NCBI GenBank assembly: GCA_964645535.1
Contig: CAZYCQ010000023.1
Coordinates: 1-45,408, forward strand
Reading direction: 5' to 3'
DNA from: an uncultured archaeon
GTDB lineage: Archaea; Asgardarchaeota; Heimdallarchaeia; Heimdallarchaeales; Kariarchaeaceae
Length of the DNA stretch: 45,408 nucleotides
The translations under genes were made by a program, and so were the position numbers. The notes under the pieces are model-generated. The model was not told the origin of the DNA and did no database searches. It worked only from the letters and a program-made list of their open reading frames with translations. Every line of letters begins with the position of its first letter. Position 1 is the first letter of the stretch. Of the stretch, positions 1 through 11,511 are shown one piece after another.

Positions 1-571
1 GGTTTGCGGCTGTGGCTTCATTTCCCATAAGAATGACAAAAACATCGGTTGTTCTTTCCAAATAGAAGAGAATCCTGTCAAAAGCAAGCCTAACGAGTTC
101 ATTTCCGATTAATTTGGTTCCATTGATCTGGAGATCCAAGACCACAAAGAAAATTCCAAAAGTGATTTTGGTCTTGTTGTTTTTTAGATAGGCTTGATAC
201 AGGGTTTGTGTAACCAACAGATCAAGATTTGGAGTTTTTTCTCCATAGGCCTGCGAGCCGACAAGTGCTTGTTCAAATGAACCATTAAGGTAGACTTTTT
301 TGTTTTCAGGCACTAATGGATTGAACTCTTGTCGGACAAACAGTTCTTTCTGTTGGAATGTTTCCTTTCCATTGAAAACTCCATACAGTGGATGGTTTGG
401 AGTGACCTCAACAATTCCTCCATTACCATGCTTGATTTTCTGGATCTTATCGGTATGTTTGAAATTTAACCCTGCAGCATAAGCAGGAGCAAATATGAAT
501 CCAGACAGGACACATAGAATGAATATCAGGCTCCAAATGTTTCGAATTTTTTTGTCTTGGATCAATTTCAC
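1..571 (-). CDS. Secreted hypothetical protein, 5' part only (runs off the window edge)
   Basis: Not in the ORF track. Manual translation from GTG at 571 (or TTG at 565 behind an AAGGTGGTGA SD-like motif) gives MKLIQDKKIRNIWSLIFILCVLSGFIFAPAYAAGLNFK..., open to position 1. It has a classic signal peptide with a basic n-region, hydrophobic h-region and AYA cleavage motif. Confidence 0.8.
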   Translation of the reverse strand, partial: MKLIQDKKIRNIWSLIFILCVLSGFIFAPAYAAGLNFKHTDKIQKIKHGNGGIVEVTPNHPLYGVFNGKETFQQKELFVRQEFNPLVPENKKVYLNGSFEQALVGSQAYGEKTPNLDLLVTQTLYQAYLKNNKTKITFGIFFVVLDLQINGTKLIGNELVRLAFDRILFYLERTTDVFVILMGNEATAAN

Positions 572-895
572 CACCTTTTTTTTGCCGTACAGGTGATTTT
601 ACACCACAGACAGACCTATAAATTTTTTACCATAATGTGTGGAAAGAATGATGAGGTTGTTCCTAAATGAATTTTTACAATTTTATGATGGCTAAAAATG
701 AATCAAGATTTTATCAGTAAAATGAATTTTAATGAACATAAATCAATGAGTATTTTGGAGAACAAACTTCAATAGAATTTTCACCTTCCATGATCAATTC
801 TAAAATTAAGTTTTGAGAGCTTTCAGAGGACCAATACGTTTGTGTGAAATCTTCATATTGTGGGAAATTGAAAGATGTCAGAGTTATAACTTCTT

Positions 896-1861
896 TCAGT
901 GTGATTCTTTGTGTGGATAGGGATCAATTTCCAGTGATCTTTTTCTTCTTTTCCTGATGAAATAGATAAAAAGAATGGGCATTGGAGAGAAGACAAGAAT
1001 GGTCATTCCATATCCATTCCAAATGGATTCGAGAAGGTTTGGTTCACTATTGCAGGAATATGGTTGATTTGCATACCCGGGATCTGCATAGGCAAAAATA
1101 CCAACCAATCCCAATGCAGGGGTTCCGTTCATGAAGTTCAATGAGATATGTACCTGTGCAATCCCAATTGACTCTTGATCCACTTCTTTTGAAGTTGGAC
1201 CGTTGAAGGTGCTGAAGAGTGATAAGTTTGGTGGGATAGATCCATTCATGATTTTTTTTCCTCCTCCAGCCAAGACATGGTCAGACCATACCTTGAATTG
1301 GATGGTTTCATTTGTGGGGTTTGAGAGAACCATTTCCAATGTTGCATCAATTCCAAGATAAGAGGATTCGAGAGAAGGATATGGTGAAGAATTACATCCC
1401 AAGCCTTGGAAGATTAATGTAGCATTATAGTCGTCAATCGGTTGAACAGAGGCAAAAAACAGGATTTCAGTAACATTAAAAGAAAAGGTGATGGAATTGT
1501 TTGATTCATATTCAATAGTGGCAACGGGATGAACAACCACTGGTTCTTCTATTATGAATATTTGTTCAAAAACTAAATATCCTGGGGCACCTCTAAGATC
1601 AAAAGAGACATTATACTGGGGAATGGTGTCAGAAACAGACCAATTGAATTGGGCACCCCATACCGATGAGTTTCCGAATGGGAGGTTGATTGATACGCTT
1701 TTGAGCTCTGTTCCGGTCGGTTCCAAGGTCACGGAAAGATTGTAGGTTTTTCCAAACTTGATCTGACCAAAAGGGAAAGTTTTCATTTCCTGTGGCATGG
1801 CCAATCCTGTATTGTGTTGAAGCAACAGTAGCGATAAAAGAAGGATTATTGTTTTTTTCAC
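896..1861 (-). CDS. Membrane-anchored cell-surface protein (signal peptide, beta-rich ectodomain, C-terminal TM helix plus RKRRKR)
   Basis: 321-aa ORF with an MKKTIILLLSLLLL signal, many N-x-S/T sequons, two Cys (GCNS, SCNS) and a C-terminal hydrophobic helix followed by a basic cluster. Confidence 0.8.
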   Translation of the reverse strand: MKKTIILLLSLLLLQHNTGLAMPQEMKTFPFGQIKFGKTYNLSVTLEPTGTELKSVSINLPFGNSSVWGAQFNWSVSDTIPQYNVSFDLRGAPGYLVFEQIFIIEEPVVVHPVATIEYESNNSITFSFNVTEILFFASVQPIDDYNATLIFQGLGCNSSPYPSLESSYLGIDATLEMVLSNPTNETIQFKVWSDHVLAGGGKKIMNGSIPPNLSLFSTFNGPTSKEVDQESIGIAQVHISLNFMNGTPALGLVGIFAYADPGYANQPYSCNSEPNLLESIWNGYGMTILVFSPMPILFIYFIRKRRKRSLEIDPYPHKESH

Positions 1862-1954
1862 TATTTTGTCAAAATTTTCCGCTATTTTATATTTTGCCTT
1901 TTTTCTGCGTTGCTTTTTACTGTTACGAACAAATGCTTTTGAATTTCGATGGGT

Positions 1955-4939
1955 CTACTTTTTCTTTGTTGATTTTTTGGATGTTTTTTTGGTGGATTTC
2001 TTTGCGGGTTTTTTGGGTTCGACCTTTTTCTTCTTGGCGAGGCGTTTTGAGAGGAAATTCTGCAATCTTGGTAATTTACCCTTTCGAAGCAAGATTTGGA
2101 TGGTCACACCGGTTGCCAGGAAGAGACCCACAATGGTAAGGAATATGGGGAGATTATTTGAAACAGCAGGTTGATCAAGGATTCCAGCCAGACGGTCATT
2201 GATATCCACATTGGTATTGGAAGTGACAACAGGGGGGAGTACAAGGACGATGACTTCAAAGGAGATGGTTTGGAAAAGGTTGTCAATACCGATGATGGCG
2301 ACCTTGTGTTGTCCCAAGGAGAAGTCGGACACATTGACGACATTTGGTTTGAAGTTAACCCATTCACCAAAGATTGAAGGTACCCCATCGATTGCCACAG
2401 TGAAATTTCCACCTTCGAATCCTTGGAATTCGAAACTGATGAAGGCCAGTTCACCTTTGTTGAAGGTGATATCGATATCCCCATAGACCAATTTCAATTC
2501 TACAGGTTCAACGATTCGAATGATGGCGGAAGACGAGATTTCATTGCCGAGATCGTCTCTGAAGATCATGGTGAAGTTCCAGATTCCAAGTTGGGTCGTA
2601 CTGAGGTCATAATAGATGGGAACGCCAGATTGCCAAGATCCAAAGAGGACTTCAGTACCATTCCTGATGAGCGAGAAGCTGTCGGGATTGGTATCCGTTG
2701 CGTTCCACATCAGGGAATATGATGCTCCAAGTGCCACAGTCCGGGAGGATTGTGTGGCAACGAAAACAGGGGGAACCAGTTCGGTCACTGTAACAATGAC
2801 GATATCTGACGTATTCAACCCGTTATATTCAGTGAACACCATTTCGAGGATATGTGTACCTATGGAGAGATTGGCTGTGCTGTACTGAATTGGAGTTCCG
2901 GAGACCCAAGTTCCATTTGCCACCTTCACACCGTTGATATAGAGAGTGTATGATTTGGATTGGTTCGAAGGATTGGTAATTGCGATCCATTCGAGGATGA
3001 TGGGATCATCAGTGATATCGACAGTCACATCGGCAGGGCCTGAAAGAGAGACCAGTGCAGAGATATTGCCGTTGACGGTATTGTTGATCAATGTCACTGT
3101 GGACTGTTCATCCTTGGTCATCCAGACATCTGTCTCGAATACCGCATTGGCGACCAACATGATGTTTGAAGAATCCTCAAGGAAAAATCCATAGCCGAGA
3201 GGATCATTTGAATCTGTTGTGGAAACGGATGAAATGCTCACAGAGGAGGATTTTCCGAATACGTAGCTCAATCTTGAATTCAAGATGGAACTGTCTTCTG
3301 CATTGGTCAAAAGCAGGCCAATAGAGTAGCTAGAGGCCGATGTGAAAGATGTCAGTTCGGTATTGTTTATGATTACGTTGGAACTGGCATTTACCCAAAT
3401 TCCGATAATATGGATAATGGAGGAGGAAAAGCTCTGAAGGAGTCCTTGATCCACAGTGGTTTGATTGGCTTTATCCAAGAGCAAGCCTACCAACGGATGA
3501 ATTGTTGAAGATGTGGAAATTCCCTTCAATTCCAAATCCGAGATGTCTGCGTTCTGGGTATTGCGAATGACCACCATATTTCCTTTTGCAGTGCTTTCGA
3601 CCTGTTGGATTGTGGAATTGAGGATTCCAATCTGTCCTGTGGATGAAGAGATGGAGAGTATCTCGACACCGGTGCCGACTACTCCATTGACAAGTGTCCC
3701 GTTCAGGACAAGGTTGGTTACTGTGTCGAAAGACATTCCTTCCACCACTCCGGCGACGATTTCCTGCAACAGGACATCCTGAAGATAAAGTCCATTGGAA
3801 CCATCCGCAATGATGCCTCGGAAACCGTAGGGATCCAGATCTGCATTGATGATGCTTATATCTTTCAGGTTCAGGTTGGATGTCAGGTTAACCGTGAATC
3901 CATATGTATCTGCCAATCCTGCGGGATCGATCAATCGGACATTGGTACCTAGATCGGTGGCAGAGATCATGGACAGGTTGAGGTTCTGTGAGGCCTGAAT
4001 GTCAAACAGGCGGATTCCAGAACCTTGATGCCAGATCGTGGTCATTGTTATGCCGTTGAAGGAGGAATCGGTGATTCCGTTGAGGCTGAACATATCAATG
4101 CTATTTGCAAAGATACCTTGAACATTGACCTGTTCAATTCTGAGTGAGGAAGAATCGGTCATTGTCAGCCCATCAAAATCTCCGGAAATTGAGGCACCTC
4201 CTTTTTCAAGGACATCAAAACCTGAAATGGCGGTATTGTTGACTGAGTTCACAGTGAGAGCTGAAAAATCACCATCAACGGAAATGGCTTCCAATTTCAC
4301 TTGGGACAATGTGACATTTGCTGCATTATCCAATGAAATGCCGATGAAGTTGCCGGATGAATTGTAGGTTGTCAGCGTCATGTCACTGATGGAAAGATTG
4401 GTCACGGTTGTACCGATCAATCCTTTGAAATCACGACCAATTGTGGTGGTTTCATTTCCAGTAACCATGATGTTGGACATCTGTACATTGGTGACATTGT
4501 CCAATTCGACAGCAACAAAATCCCGACCTATCGGCATGGGGTTCATTGAAACTTGAGAGATGGAGATGTTTTCTGAATCCTTGATTGAAATGCCAGTGAA
4601 ATCAATTGCCACATCGTAGTTATCCATGGTCAGCTCTTGCACAATGATATTTGCGGAGTTGACGATGGAAAGCCCTAAATTACTGGTGCTTTGATTGCCC
4701 AATATTGAGGAGGAAATGGTGACATTATTAGAATTGGAGATTCGAATGCCAAGGATATCATCGGTGAAATTCAAGTCAGAAATGGTTATGTTTTCGCCGG
4801 AAATATCCATGAATGTGGCAGTGAGGCTTGCCGAAACGAATCCTCGATTGTTTTGAATCGGGACTGAACCTCCTCTTGTGTCCATGAAGGTGGAAAAGGG
4901 TATCAGAAAGATGATCAGTAGGATTGCGAATCGTCTCAT
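1955..4939 (-). CDS. Right-handed parallel beta-helix (pectin-lyase/NosD-like) surface protein with tandem Ig-like repeats, TM anchor and Lys-rich cytoplasmic tail
   Basis: Signal peptide and recurring GI.I.NS.NV.I motifs over about 600 aa. Three repeats of W..G..I.Y....L..G...(D..GN) follow, then a TM helix and [19 protein letters not shown]. The start overlaps the stop of the upstream gene (ATGA, 4936-4939). Confidence 0.85.
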   Translation of the reverse strand: MRRFAILLIIFLIPFSTFMDTRGGSVPIQNNRGFVSASLTATFMDISGENITISDLNFTDDILGIRISNSNNVTISSSILGNQSTSNLGLSIVNSANIIVQELTMDNYDVAIDFTGISIKDSENISISQVSMNPMPIGRDFVAVELDNVTNVQMSNIMVTGNETTTIGRDFKGLIGTTVTNLSISDMTLTTYNSSGNFIGISLDNAANVTLSQVKLEAISVDGDFSALTVNSVNNTAISGFDVLEKGGASISGDFDGLTMTDSSSLRIEQVNVQGIFANSIDMFSLNGITDSSFNGITMTTIWHQGSGIRLFDIQASQNLNLSMISATDLGTNVRLIDPAGLADTYGFTVNLTSNLNLKDISIINADLDPYGFRGIIADGSNGLYLQDVLLQEIVAGVVEGMSFDTVTNLVLNGTLVNGVVGTGVEILSISSSTGQIGILNSTIQQVESTAKGNMVVIRNTQNADISDLELKGISTSSTIHPLVGLLLDKANQTTVDQGLLQSFSSSIIHIIGIWVNASSNVIINNTELTSFTSASSYSIGLLLTNAEDSSILNSRLSYVFGKSSSVSISSVSTTDSNDPLGYGFFLEDSSNIMLVANAVFETDVWMTKDEQSTVTLINNTVNGNISALVSLSGPADVTVDITDDPIILEWIAITNPSNQSKSYTLYINGVKVANGTWVSGTPIQYSTANLSIGTHILEMVFTEYNGLNTSDIVIVTVTELVPPVFVATQSSRTVALGASYSLMWNATDTNPDSFSLIRNGTEVLFGSWQSGVPIYYDLSTTQLGIWNFTMIFRDDLGNEISSSAIIRIVEPVELKLVYGDIDITFNKGELAFISFEFQGFEGGNFTVAIDGVPSIFGEWVNFKPNVVNVSDFSLGQHKVAIIGIDNLFQTISFEVIVLVLPPVVTSNTNVDINDRLAGILDQPAVSNNLPIFLTIVGLFLATGVTIQILLRKGKLPRLQNFLSKRLAKKKKVEPKKPAKKSTKKTSKKSTKKK

Positions 4940-7900
4940 TTCTTTTTCCTCCTGACCTTGGACGCAACCTTTTTGGTTGCTTTATTGACTGTTTCCGGCA
5001 GACCTCGTTTTATCAGTACCCAAAATACAACTCCACCGAGCAGGACTCCTGCACCGATGAAGTAATATCGGGTGTTGATACCCAGAATTGATGAGGCGTT
5101 GATGTGGAATACTGAAACAAGTCTGAATTGGACATTTTCAAGCTCCTGATCTGAGGTCGGATATCTGTAGCTCTTGGCAAAGGCATAGACTTCAACAAGA
5201 TATGTCGTGTCGTTCTGGAATGTGATGGCATCCGTTTCCCAGGTTTCAACACCGAATTTGACATTAAACCTCTTTGAGAGGGTGAAGTTCTCGGACCAAG
5301 TTTCATTGAAGTTGGGATCATTGTAGACACGATATCTCATATAGGCTTCATTGAGGGGAGTTGAGGATTCTATGACAACAGAGATCTTGTTTTCGGAATA
5401 GGTTTTTCCATTTTCAGGAGAGGTGATTTTGATGGGGGATCGCAGTTTTTGGAATGCCCCAAGGAATTCCTCTTCGGTAGTGAAGACCAACGGATCTGTT
5501 CCCACAAACAACTCAAGCGAATCAGAATAGCCATCGAAATCGGTATCTTCAGAGTATGGTGCCGTACCGTAGACAAGAATCTCGTCGGAATCGATGAGTC
5601 CATCAAAATCCGAATCAGGATTCCTGTAGTCAAGGAATCCACCATATTTGTCAGAGACGGAGTTGAAGGTGTAATATTCGTCACCATCCGAAATTCCGTC
5701 ACTGTCATAGTCTCTTTCATATCCGTCAGGAACACCATTGTTGTTCACATCTGGATTGTATGGATTATAGAGTCCACCTCCATCCGTTCCATAGATTTCA
5801 AGACCGTCAGGCCATCCATCGTCATCGGAATCGGGATCTGATGCCAAGGTTGCAAATTCAGGACTATAAACGTCAGCAAGTTCCAAACCATCCGACGAGG
5901 TTGAATTCGTGGCGGCAGTGACTTCATCGCTGTCACTTACACCATCACCGTCCGTATCAGCTTCGGTTGGTGAGGTAAGATGAATGAAAAGCTCATCATA
6001 GTCTCCCAATCCATCTCCATCAGTATCCGTTGAATTGGCATTGAGTGAATTGAGGATTTCAAAGTCATCGGTCAGTCCATCGCCATCGGTATCTGCGGAA
6101 ACAGGTGAGCTTCTATGGGGATAGAAGACAAAGACCGAGACAAATGGATAGACCAGTGATTGAGATACGTTCAAGGTAAGTTCTTCACCATCGAGGAAGG
6201 TATCTCCGTCAATGTCTGGATTCAGCGGATCAAGTGGGATGTTTTCAAAATTGGGAATTTCCCCGATTGCAAGATAGACTTCCCAAGAATCGATTAATCC
6301 ATCCTGATCTGTATCTTGGGAGTTGGGGTTGGTGCCAGCTTCAACTTCATCCTTGTCTGTCCAAAGGAAGGTGGGGTTTCCATTTTCATCAGGATAGGTA
6401 ATGGAATCAAAGTCGGAATCAATGTTGTTAGGATCTGTAAGATATATATTGATTTCAGGACCGTCCTTCAGGCCATCACCATCAGTATCATCAGAAATCG
6501 GATCGGTACCGTATTGGAAGACTTCGTCCCTATCAGATAGATTGTCATTATCACTGTCTTCATCAACAGGATCTGTATTGTACACAAACACTTCTTCTGA
6601 ATCCGTCAGTCCGTCTCCATCAGAATCTGCGGAGTGGGGTGAAGAATGGGAGAAGAAGAGTTCCCAGCCGTCAGTGAGTCCATCATAGTCACTGTCAGAC
6701 TGCAAGGGGGAGGTATGGTAGATATAGAATTCATCACCATCAAGGACAAGGTCTGCATCGGTATCTGGATCGTTGGGATCAGTTCCAAGGGTGAATTCCA
6801 ATCCATCAGGCAGTCCATCTCCATCTGTGTCGGGATCAAACGGATTGGTGGTCGCGTTTCTTTCTGGTTGAAGTGTACCTTCAAGTCCATCAAGCAGACC
6901 ATCCGCATCGGTATCACCAACAAGTGGATTGGTGGCTGGATCAAGGATCAGTTCATATCCATCGGAATTAAGGAAACGTCCAAGTTGGGGAGATCGATTG
7001 CTTCCCACACCAGTGTCTCCGTCACTGTCAGGATTTGTCGGATTGGTGAAGAAGGTCTTGGTAACCAGTTCACCGTCTTCCACAGTGACTACCGTAATTC
7101 CAGCAATCTCAACACCATCGGTCATATCCCTGAGGAATGCTCGACTTTCACCGGTTCCCGCGACTGATCCGTCATACAGCTGGAGATAACTGTCATCGTC
7201 AGTGTCGTTATCCAACGGGCTTGTATATCCTCCATTGAAGAGAAGGATTTCATCAGCCCCATCAGGATAATTATCGGGATTGCCGTAATAGTTGCCGAAC
7301 TCTCCTTCTTCACCATCGAGAAGTCCATCTTGATCAGTATCAGGATTCAGGGGATCTGTGTGATCATTGTATTCCTGATCACCGATAATGACACTGGTCA
7401 CTGAAGGAGTAATGCCTTCAATATTCCAACTGGTGAAGACCTCATAATAATCGGTGAGTTTGTCATTGTCCGTATCCCTTGACAGGGGATTGGTACCGTA
7501 AAGGAATGCTTCAGCGGCATCATCAATGCCGTCAAGGTCGGTATCAGGTGAGAGGGGATCCGTATTGAGGAAGAACCATTCAAAGAAATCCTGAACTCCA
7601 TCTCCATCAGTATCTTTGCGTGAAGGATCTGTTTTGGAGACCTTGAGCTCAAACTTGTCATTTAATCCATCCCCATCAGAATCTGGGGAATTGGGATTGA
7701 GAGATGGATCACCTTCTTCAAGGGAATCTGCGAGCCCATCCCCATCAGTATCGAAGCCGAAGGCATTCGCTTTCAGTTCTGACTGACTCTTGGGAAGGAG
7801 ATCGTAGGGAGATCCAGGAGGTCTAAATTCAAACCGTGCATCCCAGTCCCAGAAGAGGAAGGTGAGTTCAACTTCAGCCCAGAACAGGATATCAAGGGTA

Positions 7901-10900
7901 ATTCTGAATGGGGTTCCACCACTCAGATCCTGAATAAAGCTTAGCAGGATATCTATTCCTGCACGCAGTTTTATTCCTACGATTGATAGACTGAATCCAA
8001 CGGTGATGGATGCTCCCATTCCCAAAAAGATTGTCAATTTACTTTGGGCAGGAGATCCATTCTGTGCGGCAATGAAGACGATTTCAAAGCCAAGACGAAC
8101 ATAGATGGTGATTACTATGGAATCCAGACCGACATACTTTGCAACCTTATTAAGAGCGCCTCCTCCAGCGCCTCCACTGACCACATCAAAGAGGGTGAAA
8201 TCTCTGGAAAGAGTGATTGAAATTGACAGACCCCATTTCAGGATTTTGACGAAACCGGAAGTATCAAATCCGCTTGCACTGAATGAAAACAGTTGGAGTT
8301 TGAAGAATACATTTCCTTCTATCTTGAGGTCAGCTCCAAGCAACTCCAACAATTTCTTGAAGAGTCCGCCTTTTCCCGAACTCATGCTTGAAACCTTCAT
8401 TTCAGCGGAAAAGATCGGGGTAATAGATAGATAGTTTAGGATTTTACTGAAGAAGCTTCCAACATCAAGGTCAAAATCAGAGGCACCTTTCAGAATGATA
8501 TCCAGCATCCATTTCACAAATTCTTGAGGGTTCCATTCCAGCTGAGGACTGATACTGAGATCATAACTTAATTCCAATCCGAGGAAATCAGCCCCTTGGA
8601 ATGGAAGACTGCCTGCCAATTGGAGAAACGGTATATTGTTGATTTCATTGGATATCACATTTGTCAATTCAGTTATTTTTTCTGTCAAGAATTGGGTCAA
8701 AGCAGCAACCAATTGTTGGAAAACGAAATCCAAAGTATTGGTGAACATGTCTTCAAGATTGAAGAAAAGATCAATTCCTGCCAAGGTAGTATCGATGGTG
8801 CTTGAAGATGCATTGTTTTCATTCAGTTGCTGTGTAGCTAAATTTTTGATTTCTTGAACAGTGGATGTTTGAAGTGGTAAATTAACCAATGTCTTTGAAT
8901 TAAGGAAGTTGCTGAACAATGAGTTTACAATTTTCAATGCGATGGAAGTATCCAAGTTCATTGTTTTCTTGATGAACAATTCAATTCCTTGCATCAACAA
9001 AGTTTGAAATATTGATTTGACTGCCTGATCATCATTACCTACAAGAGCAAGTACAAGGTTGATGGAGACATCCACAAAAGGTTCCAGCTCCAGGAGGGTT
9101 GAATTGTCCAGTTTATCTTTCAGGAAGGATTCAAAGAGGTTGTAGGCTGAAGAAACCACCAAGGAGGTGATTCTTGCTTGAGCCTCAGGGATCAACTTGC
9201 CATCAATGAATTCGTCTCCCTTTGCGAAAATTTTCTGAGCTGCACCTCCATCTGTCGTGATTGCCATCAGGCCGAAGATTGTGGTGACAAGATCTCTGAA
9301 ACCCGTTTTCAGCAGATCGGATACTGAATCAAGCTGCTGTGTCTGAAAAGAGTTGGAAGAAAGAGACGAGACATCGATTTCCAAAATGCTGTCGATCAGA
9401 CCAAAAAGTTCGTCGAAGTTAGGTTCAGGCAATCCTGGAATGATAATGGATCCCATTTGGATCATCAATTGCTGAAGCAGGTTCTCCATCTGTTGATCTA
9501 AATTGAATCTCTGAGCTAGAGGAAGAACACGGGTTGCAAGATCGGATACAGTTTGAATTCCTTCAACTGCTGCATCCTGATAGGTGGTAAACAGGTCTGA
9601 TGCGGTTGATGCAATTTCGCCTGCAATTGCGGAGGTGTCAATTCCAAGTGCTCTCAGCAAAGGAGGCAGAAATTTCTGGAGTAGGGAAACCATGGTATCC
9701 GTATCAACTACCAGATAGCTTTCCAAGTTGCCCTGCACGTCAGAGAATTTCTGGTATAGAACTACGGCAAGCTGGATATACCTAACCATTGATTCGACTG
9801 CGGCGAGGGTCTGATCAGAAAGTGTGATTTCCGGTAGGTTATCAGATGCCCTGATCTTATTCACAGCATATTCCACAGCAGGTGGGGCTGCCTCATAGAG
9901 TCCTTCATAATCCTTTGAGATGAATGCCTGCAAGATCGGAAGAAGGATGTCGACAAGGGATTTCGCTTCTGTCACTGCCGTCGATTCCCCGAACTTGTCT
10001 GCCAAAAGATCCGTAATGAACTCATAGGTGGTGAAATTCAGCAATCTCGTATAGAGAACATCAAAAATGACTGAAGTTATCTCAATCGGTTCTGAATCCT
10101 GATTGCTTTCCTCAGCTCGTTGATCAGCCAAGGCTTGAGCTCTGTCAATCGCATCCAATATGGCATCCTTATTGAGGAAAAGAACTTGCAAAAGGTTCAG
10201 AATGTTATCAACGATTGTTGAGTTGATCTTGTCGCTAGCAAATTTGAAGATGGTATTTACTGTTGTGATGCCAAAGTCTATGGCATCTTCAACCTTACCA
10301 CGCATAAGGTAAAGTGAATCCACAATTAGCGGAACCAATGCCTTGAAATTTTCAGGGATTGGTGCGGACTGGAGAACGGTCTCCAAAATATCCTTCAATC
10401 CCTCTTTTTGGTCAGTTGATTCTCGGTCACTGATGAGGGAAATCAAGGTCGTTATGGTATTGACAACGGTATTGGCAGCGGAAGGAGACAATCCGAGAGC
10501 AGATCCACCAAAAGAGATCAGAATCTCAAGTAGAGTATCGACAATGGAGGCCGTAGGCCCTTCAAGACCGGAAGCAAGAGGCAAATCTGCGATCTTGAAT
10601 TCAGGGGAGGAAGATTGTGCCTGTTCGGCTGCAACTGAGATTCCATCCTGCTGTTGGTTTTTCATCAGATCCAAAAAGATTATGCTTGGAACTGCTTCAG
10701 GGGGGTTTTCAGCAGAGGCTATACCTGTAAATCCATCATTGACAATCCTGGCGGATTTCAAGGAATCCATGTAGGCATCGAATTCCGCTTTCTTCTTTTC
10801 AGTATCTTCCTCTCCCAATGGAATTTGAGGAGTGATCTGGGCATTGACAAGGGAATTCATGTTTCTCAGGAAATATTCAACCCCAAGAGTCTTGAAATCA

Positions 10901-11511
10901 TCACCTGCTTGGGAATATCTGTCATCAGGGATTGATCGAAGGATTTCGCCGATTTCCCAGAGATTATAGAAGTAGGAGAGCTGTCCATCGATGACATCAG
11001 ATCCTTCAATATGGACATATCCCGGCAAGTCGAATTTCATCAATTGATCGGTTGAGCCGGCACCCCATATCTGATGGCCATGGTCTGAACGTCTCATCAG
11101 GTAAGCGACATCTTCCCACCGATAGGTTCTGTCCAGCTTTATCCCTTCCAAGCTTCCCGCTATGAAATAGGCTCTTATCCAATATGCATCGGATCCTGCA
11201 ACATCAACAAGCTCGTCCACTGTTTCTACCTGAACTAATTCAGAGTTCTTGTAGATCATCTGTACAGATTTGAAAACTTCAGCGGCAACCCCAACCATCT
11301 CGGGATCGCTTGATGAATAGATGATGGCAATTTTCCGCGGCAATGAATAACCTGGATAGAGATTTGGATTGGACATGGTTTCTGATGGCAATCTATTACG
11401 AACGGGGACTGTGTTGCCCTGTGCGAGGATTGCATTGGGTATCGGGTTCAGAAGAACCAAAATGAATAGTGTTGAAATGAAAAGTTTGAGGTTTACGTTA
11501 CCTAATTTCAT
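4936..11511 (-). CDS. Giant membrane-anchored surface protein with about 26 thrombospondin type-3-like Ca2+-binding repeats
   Basis: 2191 aa: signal peptide, alpha/beta N-domain, long helical region, amphipathic beta-strand region, DxDxDGxxDxxE repeats, Ig-like domain, TM helix and basic tail. ATGA overlaps with both neighbours. Confidence 0.88.
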   Translation of the reverse strand: MKLGNVNLKLFISTLFILVLLNPIPNAILAQGNTVPVRNRLPSETMSNPNLYPGYSLPRKIAIIYSSSDPEMVGVAAEVFKSVQMIYKNSELVQVETVDELVDVAGSDAYWIRAYFIAGSLEGIKLDRTYRWEDVAYLMRRSDHGHQIWGAGSTDQLMKFDLPGYVHIEGSDVIDGQLSYFYNLWEIGEILRSIPDDRYSQAGDDFKTLGVEYFLRNMNSLVNAQITPQIPLGEEDTEKKKAEFDAYMDSLKSARIVNDGFTGIASAENPPEAVPSIIFLDLMKNQQQDGISVAAEQAQSSSPEFKIADLPLASGLEGPTASIVDTLLEILISFGGSALGLSPSAANTVVNTITTLISLISDRESTDQKEGLKDILETVLQSAPIPENFKALVPLIVDSLYLMRGKVEDAIDFGITTVNTIFKFASDKINSTIVDNILNLLQVLFLNKDAILDAIDRAQALADQRAEESNQDSEPIEITSVIFDVLYTRLLNFTTYEFITDLLADKFGESTAVTEAKSLVDILLPILQAFISKDYEGLYEAAPPAVEYAVNKIRASDNLPEITLSDQTLAAVESMVRYIQLAVVLYQKFSDVQGNLESYLVVDTDTMVSLLQKFLPPLLRALGIDTSAIAGEIASTASDLFTTYQDAAVEGIQTVSDLATRVLPLAQRFNLDQQMENLLQQLMIQMGSIIIPGLPEPNFDELFGLIDSILEIDVSSLSSNSFQTQQLDSVSDLLKTGFRDLVTTIFGLMAITTDGGAAQKIFAKGDEFIDGKLIPEAQARITSLVVSSAYNLFESFLKDKLDNSTLLELEPFVDVSINLVLALVGNDDQAVKSIFQTLLMQGIELFIKKTMNLDTSIALKIVNSLFSNFLNSKTLVNLPLQTSTVQEIKNLATQQLNENNASSSTIDTTLAGIDLFFNLEDMFTNTLDFVFQQLVAALTQFLTEKITELTNVISNEINNIPFLQLAGSLPFQGADFLGLELSYDLSISPQLEWNPQEFVKWMLDIILKGASDFDLDVGSFFSKILNYLSITPIFSAEMKVSSMSSGKGGLFKKLLELLGADLKIEGNVFFKLQLFSFSASGFDTSGFVKILKWGLSISITLSRDFTLFDVVSGGAGGGALNKVAKYVGLDSIVITIYVRLGFEIVFIAAQNGSPAQSKLTIFLGMGASITVGFSLSIVGIKLRAGIDILLSFIQDLSGGTPFRITLDILFWAEVELTFLFWDWDARFEFRPPGSPYDLLPKSQSELKANAFGFDTDGDGLADSLEEGDPSLNPNSPDSDGDGLNDKFELKVSKTDPSRKDTDGDGVQDFFEWFFLNTDPLSPDTDLDGIDDAAEAFLYGTNPLSRDTDNDKLTDYYEVFTSWNIEGITPSVTSVIIGDQEYNDHTDPLNPDTDQDGLLDGEEGEFGNYYGNPDNYPDGADEILLFNGGYTSPLDNDTDDDSYLQLYDGSVAGTGESRAFLRDMTDGVEIAGITVVTVEDGELVTKTFFTNPTNPDSDGDTGVGSNRSPQLGRFLNSDGYELILDPATNPLVGDTDADGLLDGLEGTLQPERNATTNPFDPDTDGDGLPDGLEFTLGTDPNDPDTDADLVLDGDEFYIYHTSPLQSDSDYDGLTDGWELFFSHSSPHSADSDGDGLTDSEEVFVYNTDPVDEDSDNDNLSDRDEVFQYGTDPISDDTDGDGLKDGPEINIYLTDPNNIDSDFDSITYPDENGNPTFLWTDKDEVEAGTNPNSQDTDQDGLIDSWEVYLAIGEIPNFENIPLDPLNPDIDGDTFLDGEELTLNVSQSLVYPFVSVFVFYPHRSSPVSADTDGDGLTDDFEILNSLNANSTDTDGDGLGDYDELFIHLTSPTEADTDGDGVSDSDEVTAATNSTSSDGLELADVYSPEFATLASDPDSDDDGWPDGLEIYGTDGGGLYNPYNPDVNNNGVPDGYERDYDSDGISDGDEYYTFNSVSDKYGGFLDYRNPDSDFDGLIDSDEILVYGTAPYSEDTDFDGYSDSLELFVGTDPLVFTTEEEFLGAFQKLRSPIKITSPENGKTYSENKISVVIESSTPLNEAYMRYRVYNDPNFNETWSENFTLSKRFNVKFGVETWETDAITFQNDTTYLVEVYAFAKSYRYPTSDQELENVQFRLVSVFHINASSILGINTRYYFIGAGVLLGGVVFWVLIKRGLPETVNKATKKVASKVRRKKK
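5490..7755 (-). repeat. Coding tandem repeat region: about 26 D[TS]DxDGLxDxxE...xTxP calcium-binding units
   Basis: Counted in the translation (e.g. [48 protein letters not shown]). The units are diverged at DNA level. Confidence 0.9.

Noticed and set aside
600-895. Recurrent AAATGAAT words in the AT-rich intergenic region
   Set aside because: Irregular spacing and low complexity make them indistinguishable from background.
5490-7755. Repetitive DNA as a possible CRISPR array or DGR repeat
   Set aside because: The repeats are degenerate, codon-phased protein repeats. There is no constant repeat/spacer structure, cas gene or reverse transcriptase.
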